Below, piece by piece: positions 1-7,775 of a stretch of 32,000 nucleotides of DNA. Positions within the stretch are counted from its first letter, which is position 1, and every line of letters begins with the position of its first letter. The notes beneath the pieces are model-generated. The model worked only from the letters and a program-made list of their open reading frames with translations. It was not told where the DNA came from and did not search any database. The stretch lies in NCBI GenBank assembly GCA_016182335.1, contig JACOXK010000134.1:350-32349 (forward strand), in the 5' to 3' direction. The stretch comes from Deltaproteobacteria bacterium. Its GTDB lineage: Bacteria; Bdellovibrionota; JACOXK01. Both the position numbers and the translations under genes were made by a program.

Positions 1-15
1 TTGACTTCAATTACC

Positions 16-81
16 TATGACTATTTTGGCATGTAGGTCATAATAGACTTGACTATTTTGGCATATAGGTCATAATAGACA
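16..81 (+). promoter_or_regulatory. Two tandem operator-like repeats overlapping a predicted sigma-70 promoter of the AAA ATPase gene
   Basis: GACTATTTTGGCATRTAGGTCATAATAGAC occurs at 19-48 and 51-80 (one mismatch, 32-bp period). TTGACT (49-54), 16-bp spacer, CATAAT (71-76) lies in the second copy, just before the ATG at 87. Confidence 0.6.
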
Positions 82-86
82 TAACG

Positions 87-1238
87 ATGGATATTAAACG
101 TTATCTTCAGGCTCATCTGACAAAGGACCTTCAAAAGAAAATGGTTTTTTTGGGCGGACCCCGCCAATGTGGCAAAACAACTCTTGCAGAGCATATCCTC
201 AGAGACTTTCCTTACCATGCTGACAAAAAAGGCCTTTACTTGAATTGGGATGATGATGACCACCGTCAAAGAATACTAAAAAGAGAATGGAGTGATAATG
301 ATGAGTTGGTTTTTTTTGATGAGCTCCATAAATTTCACAGATGGAAAAATTGGATTAAAGGAACGTACGACACAACAAGGGCAAAACATCGATTTTTGGT
401 AACAGGAAGTGCTCGCTTAGATACTTACAAGAGAGGCGGCGATTCACTTTTGGGACGCTACCATTACTGGCGTCTGCATCCTTTAACTTTAGCAGAGTCT
501 ATCAAGGGTATTTCACAGGGTGATTATTTTAAAAGACTCATGACTGTTGGAGGTTTCCCTGAGCCATTTTTGGACAATAATGAAAGCGAAAGTAAAAGGT
601 GGCGTAAAGAAAGAATAGAGCGAGTTATTAAGGACGACATTCGTGATCTTGAACAGCTTCATAATATTTCTGCGCTTGGATTATTTTTGGATGCTTTAAG
701 GCGGCGAGTTGGAGGACAAATTGTCTTTTCAAATATCGAAGTAGATTTACAAGTTTCTCAGAAAACGCTTAAGAGATGGCTTGCGATTTTTGAAAATATG
801 TATCTGGTTTTTGCAGTGCGTCCATTCACAAAAAAACTTCCCCGCGCTATTCAAAAGCCTCCAAAAGTATATTTTTTTGATAATGCCGATGTCATGGGTG
901 ACGAAAGTCAGCGTTTTGAAAACTTAGTAGCAACCCATCTTCTTAAAAAGATTCATTTTTTGGAGGATAGCACGGGGGACTCTTATGAGCTCAGATATGT
1001 TCGTGACAAAGAGGGTCGTGAAGTCGATTTTTTAATTCTTCGTGAGGACAAACCCTACATGTTGATTGAAGCAAAACTCACAGATTCAACACCGCATAGA
1101 GCTTTACAGTATTATGCTGAAAAGTTGACTCCCAATTATGCTATTCAAATCGTTGCTTATCTTAAGCACCCATTTAATAAGGGAAAACTTTCTGTGCAAT
1201 CTCCCTTCGATGAACTCTCAAAACCGCTCACTCTATAG
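87..1238 (+). CDS. AAA-type ATPase, DUF4143-like family, unknown function
   Basis: Walker A GGPRQCGKTT near the N-terminus, Walker B-like LVFFDELHK, C-terminal YELRYVRDKEGREVDFLILREDKPYMLIEAK nuclease-fold-like motif typical of ATPase+DUF4143 proteins. Confidence 0.88.
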   Translation: MDIKRYLQAHLTKDLQKKMVFLGGPRQCGKTTLAEHILRDFPYHADKKGLYLNWDDDDHRQRILKREWSDNDELVFFDELHKFHRWKNWIKGTYDTTRAKHRFLVTGSARLDTYKRGGDSLLGRYHYWRLHPLTLAESIKGISQGDYFKRLMTVGGFPEPFLDNNESESKRWRKERIERVIKDDIRDLEQLHNISALGLFLDALRRRVGGQIVFSNIEVDLQVSQKTLKRWLAIFENMYLVFAVRPFTKKLPRAIQKPPKVYFFDNADVMGDESQRFENLVATHLLKKIHFLEDSTGDSYELRYVRDKEGREVDFLILREDKPYMLIEAKLTDSTPHRALQYYAEKLTPNYAIQIVAYLKHPFNKGKLSVQSPFDELSKPLTL

Positions 1239-1386
1239 GTAAAAAAGTGAATAATTATAATCTTAAACGTGCCAAAAAATGATTTCAATATATTTCTATT
1301 TTATTATTTCTCAAAACAGTTTTTTCATGCATCGGTTTCATTGACAACATTTTAGTGAATGATACATCTTTTTGAGGTCTCAAATG

Positions 1387-2088
1387 GAAGGGAAAAAGCT
1401 TGATTACTATTTTAAAATTATTAAAATCGTAACACCGTTTCTTCTTATAGGAGTTGGGGTTTTAGGATATGTCTCTTTGTATCCCAATCAATTCGTTGAC
1501 GTTGGATACGCACCTGTGCAGCCCATTGCATTTTCTCATAAATTGCATACGCGTGATCTTGAAATTTCATGCTTTTATTGTCATGGAAATACTCTTTCAT
1601 CATCGCATGCAAGTATTCCTTCAACTCAAACCTGCATGAATTGTCACAGTCTTGTGAAACCTGACAGCTCAGAAATACAGAAAATTCACAAAAGTTTTCA
1701 GAATAACAAACCTATCGAATGGATTAGAGTTCATAAGTTGGCTGATTTTGCCCATTTTAAGCACAATGTTCATATCCAAGCAGGCGTAGACTGCGCCAAT
1801 TGCCATGGGGATGTGAAATCAATGGATGTTATTCAACAAGTAAAGCCTATGAATATGAGCTTTTGTTTGGATTGTCATAGAGGGAAAACGGAAATTATAT
1901 GGGCAGACTGGAAAAAAACAACAGCAGAGAAATGGGAGCCGTATAAAGTGCCTGATCAGATTGCCACTTCCCCTGGATTCCCTCTATTGGCTGCGCCTAA
2001 AGGTGGGAATGACAGTGTGCTAGGTGGGTGGATTCAAGAGCATAAAAAAAGGGTTGCCAGTGACAGGTGTTCCAGCTGCCATTATTGA
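1387..2088 (+). CDS. actA: Multiheme cytochrome c subunit of alternative complex III (ActA-like)
   Basis: Five CXXCH motifs (CFYCH, CMNCH, CANCH, CLDCH, CSSCH) after an N-terminal TM helix; first gene of an act-ordered cluster. ORF track start is 1372; ATG at 1387 follows a GAGGT sequence. Confidence 0.88.
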   Translation, partial: EGKKLDYYFKIIKIVTPFLLIGVGVLGYVSLYPNQFVDVGYAPVQPIAFSHKLHTRDLEISCFYCHGNTLSSSHASIPSTQTCMNCHSLVKPDSSEIQKIHKSFQNNKPIEWIRVHKLADFAHFKHNVHIQAGVDCANCHGDVKSMDVIQQVKPMNMSFCLDCHRGKTEIIWADWKKTTAEKWEPYKVPDQIATSPGFPLLAAPKGGNDSVLGGWIQEHKKRVASDRCSSCHY

Positions 2089-2097
2089 GGAAAAAAC

Positions 2098-5000
2098 ATG
2101 AATAATTTTAAAATAGATATGGATTCTTCGGCTACGCCTCAGGATGACAAGATTGCCACGCCACCTGCGGTGGCTCGCAATGACGTTGCTCTGAATGAAG
2201 GAAATGGGCTGGATGTTACCAGAAGAGGGTTTCTTTCTTTGCTCGGAGCAAGTGTTGCCTTAGCAACCTCGGCTTGCCGCAAACCAGTTCATAAAATTCT
2301 TCCCTTTGTAAAAGAGCCAGAAAACCTCAAGCCAGGCATTTCCAAATACTATGCATCAACTTATCCTTTAGCTGGTACTTCTTATGGAGTCCTTGTTGAA
2401 ACAAGAGAAGGCAGACCTATCAAATTGGAAGGCAATCCTGATCATCCGTTAAGTCAGGGAGCTACTCATCACTTAGCGCAAGCTTCTATATTGGATGTGT
2501 ACGACTCAGACAGAAAAAAATATCCAACTATCGGTGCAAGTCGTGTCAGCTGGGAACAGTGGATTGAGGTCACGTCGACAATACTTAAGAATGCACAAAA
2601 TAAAAATAAAAGAGTGTGTGTTCTTCATGAGTCATCTGCAAGCCCCACTTTACAAGAGGTTTTAAGAAAGTTCTCGAATCAATTTAAGAACATCAGCGTT
2701 ATTGAATTTGAGCCAACATCTTCTGAAAATGAAACTATTGCTTTTGAAGAGTGTTTTGGTCTTTCTAGCATTCCACAGCCAAAGCTGGACAAAGCTTCAG
2801 TGATTTTAAGCTTGAATAGTGATTTTTTAGGAGATCCTCGAAACAATGTTTCTTCTATCAAAGAATGGACGAAAACACGTAAAATACCCTTACAACAAAA
2901 TTCCATGAGTCGGCTTTACAGTGTTGAGAGTTTCTTGTCTCTAACGGGAACAAACGCCGATCATCGATTGGCCCTCAAACCTTCGCAACTTTTAGAGTTT
3001 GCCTTGGGGTTGGCAACAATTCTCATAGAAGAATATCAAATAGGTGATAAAAATCTCATACCCATTTTTGAGAAAGTTTCACGCCCTACATACTCTTCTG
3101 CCTACTCTGAAGCTTTTTTGAAAACTCTGGCTTTAGATCTCTCTGAAAACATTGGCAAAAGCCTTGTTCTTGTTGGTCCTCAAGAATCCAAAGAACTTCA
3201 CATTGCAGGCCTCCTTCTCAATGCTCTTTTGAAGAGTTTCTCTAACACTTTGAATTTAAAAAATTATACAACCCGGTCAAAAAACGGCTATGGGAAAATT
3301 AAAAATTTCCTTGAGGATCTTAAACACAATAAAGTTGATGTTTTAGTAACTCTCGGTGGAAACCCTGCTTACCATTTTGGCGAAGCATTCAGCATTCCTG
3401 CCCAAAAAATTCAAAATAATATTCGCTTGAGTCTTTATGAGGATGAAACTTCACAAGTCACTCGTTATGATGCACCCCTCTCTCATTTTTTAGAGTCATG
3501 GGACGATTCAAAGCCTACTTCGACATCTTTTAGCATTCATCAACCGACTTTAAGGTCTTTGTACCAATCACGATGCACGGGGGAGATGCTTTTGGAGTGG
3601 CAAGCGCATCTTGAGAATATAACGATTCTTCCAACGGAAGCATGGATTTCTGAAATCAAAAATAATTTTAAGCACAATTGGAATGAAATTCTCCAAAAGG
3701 GGTATATAAACGTGGATTCAACACCTCTTGCATTGAGCCCAATTAATGTTTCTGCTGTGAGCAGGATGATCGATGAAGGAAAATATCGATCCTTCGGGCT
3801 TCGCCGCCCTCAGAATGACAAAAAAAACAAGCAGGATGACCCGTCTTCGCCTCATGGCTTCGACGAGGCAAGCAATCACAATGACGCAGTTATTGAACTG
3901 CAGTTTGAGATAAGTCATGCAACGTTTGACGGACGTTTTGCCAATAACGGTTGGTTACAAGAGCTCCCCCACCCCGTTACAAAAATAACTTGGGATAACG
4001 TGGCAAACATGTCTTCAAAAACAGCGCAAACACTGAACCTTAAAAACGAAGATGTGATCGAACTTGCATACGGCAATAAAATTTTAAGCCTTCCCGTTTT
4101 TATTCAGCAAGGCTTGGCAGAGGGTGTTATCACGACTCAAATTGGTTATGGAAGAACGCATGCTGGGCATGTCGGCTCAAACATTGGTAGCAACGTGTTT
4201 CCGCTTCTTATGGCTTCTGATTTTTCTTGGTCTCTGACACAAAATGTTTCCATCAATAAAACAGGAAAAACTTATAAAATAGCAACGACACAAAAGCATG
4301 CCGATCTTATGGGCCGCCCTATTGCTCATGAAGCAGCTCTTGATGATTATAAAAATAATCCTGATTTTCCAAAACAAGACGATCATAGTGAGTCATTTGA
4401 TCTTTACAAAAAAGAACATACTTATCCAGGGCATAAATGGGGAATGAGCATTGATCTGACAAGTTGTGTCGGATGCAATGCCTGCGTTACGGCTTGTAAT
4501 ACAGAGAACAACGTTCCTGTCGTTGGAAAAGACCAGGTGTTGAAGGGTCGAGAAATGCATTGGATTCGAATTGATAGATACTATCGAGAAACAGAACAAG
4601 AATCCCCGGCAGTTATTCATGAGCCCATGCTGTGCCAGCACTGTGAAGACGCACCTTGTGAAAATGTCTGCCCTGTGAATGCTACAACACACAGTGAAGA
4701 GGGTTTGAATGAGATGACATACAATCGTTGTATTGGCACTCGATATTGCTCCAACAACTGCCCTTATAAAGTTCGAAGATTTAACTTCTTTGATTACACA
4801 GATGACATTTTAACTCCTGAGGAACTGGGAAAAAATCCAGATGTCACAATACGCATGAGAGGTGTGATGGAAAAATGCACTTTCTGCGTTCAAAGAATTC
4901 AAGAAGCGCGAATAGATGCAAAAAGTCATGGGCACGAAAGAATCTCCGATGGGGGCGTAAAATCTGCCTGCCAACAAGTTTGTCCTGCAGATGCTATTGT

Positions 5001-5160
5001 TTTTGGTGATTTGAATGACCCATCTTCGCAAGTTGCGAAACTTTCAAAATCTCCTCACGGATTTCATATTTTACAACATTTGAATACAAAACCGTCCATA
5101 ACTTATTTAGCTAAAATTAGAAATCCTCATCCAAACTTAAAGGAGTTTGAATCATTATGA
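2098..5160 (+). CDS. actB: Alternative complex III molybdopterin-like/iron-sulfur fusion subunit (ActB-like)
   Basis: Tat-like motif VTRRGFLSLLGASVALATSAC, GRPIKLEGNPDHP, GRFANNGWLQELP, and C-terminal ferredoxin clusters CVGCNACVTACN, CQHCEDAPCENVCP, CIGTRYCSNNCP, CTFCVQRI. Confidence 0.92.
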   Translation: MNNFKIDMDSSATPQDDKIATPPAVARNDVALNEGNGLDVTRRGFLSLLGASVALATSACRKPVHKILPFVKEPENLKPGISKYYASTYPLAGTSYGVLVETREGRPIKLEGNPDHPLSQGATHHLAQASILDVYDSDRKKYPTIGASRVSWEQWIEVTSTILKNAQNKNKRVCVLHESSASPTLQEVLRKFSNQFKNISVIEFEPTSSENETIAFEECFGLSSIPQPKLDKASVILSLNSDFLGDPRNNVSSIKEWTKTRKIPLQQNSMSRLYSVESFLSLTGTNADHRLALKPSQLLEFALGLATILIEEYQIGDKNLIPIFEKVSRPTYSSAYSEAFLKTLALDLSENIGKSLVLVGPQESKELHIAGLLLNALLKSFSNTLNLKNYTTRSKNGYGKIKNFLEDLKHNKVDVLVTLGGNPAYHFGEAFSIPAQKIQNNIRLSLYEDETSQVTRYDAPLSHFLESWDDSKPTSTSFSIHQPTLRSLYQSRCTGEMLLEWQAHLENITILPTEAWISEIKNNFKHNWNEILQKGYINVDSTPLALSPINVSAVSRMIDEGKYRSFGLRRPQNDKKNKQDDPSSPHGFDEASNHNDAVIELQFEISHATFDGRFANNGWLQELPHPVTKITWDNVANMSSKTAQTLNLKNEDVIELAYGNKILSLPVFIQQGLAEGVITTQIGYGRTHAGHVGSNIGSNVFPLLMASDFSWSLTQNVSINKTGKTYKIATTQKHADLMGRPIAHEAALDDYKNNPDFPKQDDHSESFDLYKKEHTYPGHKWGMSIDLTSCVGCNACVTACNTENNVPVVGKDQVLKGREMHWIRIDRYYRETEQESPAVIHEPMLCQHCEDAPCENVCPVNATTHSEEGLNEMTYNRCIGTRYCSNNCPYKVRRFNFFDYTDDILTPEELGKNPDVTIRMRGVMEKCTFCVQRIQEARIDAKSHGHERISDGGVKSACQQVCPADAIVFGDLNDPSSQVAKLSKSPHGFHILQHLNTKPSITYLAKIRNPHPNLKEFESL
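2122..2185. repeat. Compound palindromic repeat (type A + type B) inside the actB 5' coding region
   Basis: GATTCTTCGG-CTACG-CCTCAGGATGACA followed by GATTGCCAC-GCCACCTGCGGTGGC-TCGCAATGACG. Perfect hairpin GCCACC-TGC-GGTGGC at 2160-2174. The same flanks recur at 10681-10722 and 28788-28842. Confidence 0.72.
3788..3886. repeat. Second palindromic repeat copy inside actB
   Basis: GATCCTTCGGGCTTCGCCGCCCTCAGAATGACA (3788-3820) matches the type A repeat; hairpin GCCTC/GAGGC at 3849-3869; ends AATCACAATGACG. Encodes the polar segment RSFGLRRPQNDKKNKQDDPSSPHGFDEASNHNDA. Confidence 0.65.
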
Positions 5161-6545
5161 ATCAGGCCACAACACCTGAAATATTGGGATGTGAGCCCCT
5201 TATCATTGGGCACAAGTCCCGAGCTGAAATCACAGAACTCGTAGCTCATCCGCTGGACCACTTTCCAAACAAAATCTGGTTTGCTCTTCTGGCTGTGAGT
5301 CTCTCTGCATTTGCTATAGGACTTGGATGCATAGCATGGCTTATTTATAAAGGGATTGGCGTGTGGGGAAACAATAACCCGGTGGGCTGGGGTTTTGATA
5401 TCGTCAATTTTGTTTTTTGGATTGGCATTGGCCATGCTGGAACTTTGATCTCTGCCATTCTTTTCTTATTTCGACAGAAATGGAGATGCGCCATTAACAG
5501 AGCTGCAGAAGCCATGACGATTTTTGCTGTCATGTGTGCAGGAATTTTTCCTGCCATTCACGTGGGCCGCGTATGGTTTGCATGGTATCTTTTCCCACTT
5601 CCAACTCAGCAGAATCTCTGGGTCAACTTTCGATCCCCTCTACTTTGGGACGTTTTTGCGGTATCCACTTATCTAACCGTATCAGCTTTATTCTGGTACA
5701 TGGGATTGGTTCCTGATCTTGCTACCTTAAGAGATCGAACAAAAAATCCTGTTAAAAAAACAATTTATTCGATTTTAAGTCTAGGATGGAGAGGAGCCTC
5801 TAGGCAATGGAAACACTATGAGTCGGCCTATATGATATTTGCAGGGCTCTCAACGCCTCTTGTTCTTTCAGTCCACTCTATTGTGAGCTTTGACTTTGCA
5901 ACCTCCGTTATGCCAGGCTGGCACACCACTATTTTCCCACCGTATTTTGTTGTTGGCGCTATTTTTGGTGGGTTTGCCATGGTGCTGCTTCTCCTCTCTG
6001 TTACGAGAAAAGTTTTTCATTTTGAAAATATCATCACAATATCGCATCTGGACGCCATGAATAAGATTATTCTTTTCTGCAGCCTTGTGATTGGGCTTGC
6101 ATATGCGACAGAGTTTTTCATTGCCTGGTACAGCAGCAACTCATTTGAATACTACACGTTTGTAAACCGCATGCTTGGGCCCTATGGATGGTGCTATTGG
6201 ATCATGGTTTTATGCAATGTTATGGCACCCCAAATTATGTGGTTTCGAAAGTATCGACGAAATATACTGGTTATGATTATTGTTTCATTTTTAGTTACGA
6301 TTGGTATGTGGTTTGAGCGTTTTGTTATCATCGCAACTTCTCTTTCAAGGGACTATTTACCAAGCTCTTGGGATATGTATTATCCAACGCGCTTTGATTT
6401 TGGGGTTCTCTTGGGTTCTTTTGGGTTGTTTTTTACTTTGTATCTTATTTTTGTAAGGGTTTTACCTGCACTTTCGGTCAGTGAATTAAAAGGCATTCTG
6501 AAATCAAGTAACCCTAAAGGTGAGGTGGATGATGTTCAAGCTTAA
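5157..6545 (+). CDS. actC: Alternative complex III integral membrane quinol-oxidising subunit, NrfD/PsrC-like (ActC-like)
   Basis: Polytopic NrfD-like protein; motifs GIGHAGTLISAILFLFRQKWRCAINRAAEAMTIFAVMCAGIFPAIHVGR and FEITSLSRDYLPSSW-like C-terminus; overlaps the actB stop by 4 bp. Confidence 0.92.
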   Translation: MNQATTPEILGCEPLIIGHKSRAEITELVAHPLDHFPNKIWFALLAVSLSAFAIGLGCIAWLIYKGIGVWGNNNPVGWGFDIVNFVFWIGIGHAGTLISAILFLFRQKWRCAINRAAEAMTIFAVMCAGIFPAIHVGRVWFAWYLFPLPTQQNLWVNFRSPLLWDVFAVSTYLTVSALFWYMGLVPDLATLRDRTKNPVKKTIYSILSLGWRGASRQWKHYESAYMIFAGLSTPLVLSVHSIVSFDFATSVMPGWHTTIFPPYFVVGAIFGGFAMVLLLLSVTRKVFHFENIITISHLDAMNKIILFCSLVIGLAYATEFFIAWYSSNSFEYYTFVNRMLGPYGWCYWIMVLCNVMAPQIMWFRKYRRNILVMIIVSFLVTIGMWFERFVIIATSLSRDYLPSSWDMYYPTRFDFGVLLGSFGLFFTLYLIFVRVLPALSVSELKGILKSSNPKGEVDDVQA

Positions 6546-7101
6546 GCCCAAAACTCCTTTCAAACAAATTCATCCACACAGTGGAATTGCGGCCCAATTC
6601 GGTGAGCCCAACCACCTTCTTGACGCTGTGAAAAGATTGAAAAAAGAAGGTTTGAACGAAATAGAAGTTTTCACACCCTATCCTGTTCATGGCATTGACG
6701 CTATTTTGGAGGAGAAAAGGTCTAAAATCCCTTGGGTTAGTTTTATTGCCGGTTTTGTTGGCTTATTGGTTGCACTTCTCATGCAATGGTGGATGAGCGG
6801 CGTTGATTACAGACTTAATATTGGAGGCAAGCCGTTTTTTTCAGGCCCTGCTTTTGTGCCCATTATGTTTGAAGTAGCCGTTTTATTTTCTGCATTGGCA
6901 ACGTTTGTTGTTGTTTGGGGTGCCTGTGGGCTTCCAAAATTTTCAAGCGTCTTCGAAAAAGACCATCGCGCTTTGAGGTCCACTAATGATGAATTCCTAG
7001 TTTACTGTGACCGCTCAGATCATAGATTTGATGCTGCTCGCATTGAAGAAATCCTCAAAAACTCTGAGGCATTTGATATTAGGGTGGTGGGCGAGTTATG
7101 A
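6529..7101 (+). CDS. actD: Alternative complex III subunit ActD-like (DUF3341-type)
   Basis: AAQFGEPNHLLDAVKRLKKEGLNEIEVFTPYPVHGIDAIL followed by two TM helices; gene order. ORF track start is 6520. Confidence 0.88.
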   Translation: MMFKLKPKTPFKQIHPHSGIAAQFGEPNHLLDAVKRLKKEGLNEIEVFTPYPVHGIDAILEEKRSKIPWVSFIAGFVGLLVALLMQWWMSGVDYRLNIGGKPFFSGPAFVPIMFEVAVLFSALATFVVVWGACGLPKFSSVFEKDHRALRSTNDEFLVYCDRSDHRFDAARIEEILKNSEAFDIRVVGEL

Positions 7102-7775
7102 GTTTTTATGCCATCTCTCAGGCGCTTCGATATTTTTCTCGGGCACGCGATCGTTTTTTCCAGCGTATAAAACGTCGCTCGGCTCTCGGCTTTGCTCTTT
7201 CACTACGCCGCAAGTGGCTTCGTGAAAACCATGCCCGCAAACCCTCCGAGACGTCCCTCGAAAAACATCAAGTCGCCCTGAGTTTCCTGCACATTATTTT
7301 ATTTGTTGGATTGTGTGGTGGTTGTCAGAGATCTTTTGAGAATCCACCCCTGAGGGTTTTTCCAGACATGGATGACCAAAAAAAAGTAAAACCTCAATCA
7401 AAGTTTTCTTTTTTCGAAGGTGGCCAATCTTTGCAATATCCAATTGAGGGAACTGTTGCCCGAAATGATTTGGATTTCACTAAAAATAAAAACGTCGACT
7501 ATGGAAAATTTCTTTACTCTAGTTACTGTCTACCCTGTCACGGTATCACTGGCGAAGGATATGGCCCTGTTTCAAAACGAGAAATAGCCGCCCTTTTAAG
7601 ACCACCGTCTTTAAAAGATGGAATAACTCGTACTTGGTCTGATGAACAGATTCATCAATTGATCACACAGGGCAGAGGCCGCATGGGCTCTTACGCTCAT
7701 CTTATAAACTCTGAAGACCGTTGGGCTGTCGTAGGCTACATAAGACAATTACAAAAAAAAGGTGGAGCAAAGTAA
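7098..7775 (+). CDS. actE: Monoheme cytochrome c lipoprotein of alternative complex III (ActE-like) with a 60-codon N-terminal in-frame insertion
   Basis: YCLPCHGITGEGYGPV heme motif, downstream VGYIRQLQ; lipobox-like LFVGLCGGC displaced to about residue 70 by an Arg-rich insert. ATGA overlap with the actD stop supports the ATG at 7098. Confidence 0.85.
   Translation: MSFYAISQALRYFSRARDRFFQRIKRRSALGFALSLRRKWLRENHARKPSETSLEKHQVALSFLHIILFVGLCGGCQRSFENPPLRVFPDMDDQKKVKPQSKFSFFEGGQSLQYPIEGTVARNDLDFTKNKNVDYGKFLYSSYCLPCHGITGEGYGPVSKREIAALLRPPSLKDGITRTWSDEQIHQLITQGRGRMGSYAHLINSEDRWAVVGYIRQLQKKGGAK
7099..7285. mobile_element. Palindromic mini-element inserted in frame in actE, flanked by TGAGTTT direct repeats
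   Basis: TGAGTTT at 7099-7105 and 7279-7285, 180 bp apart. Inverted arms CTCAGGCGCTTCGATATTTTTC (from 7117) and GAAAAACATCAAGTCGCCCTGAG (to 7282); inner inverted repeat TTTCAC/GTGAAA at 7198-7227. Confidence 0.72.

Noticed and set aside
16-81. CRISPR-like direct repeats at the left edge
   Set aside because: Only two near-identical 30-bp units separated by 2 bp with no spacers; position over a promoter fits operators better.
3718-4692. Antisense ORFs within actB (3718-3918, 4177-4386, 4393-4692)
   Set aside because: They lie opposite a convincing conserved coding frame and show no recognisable domain, so they are frame shadows.
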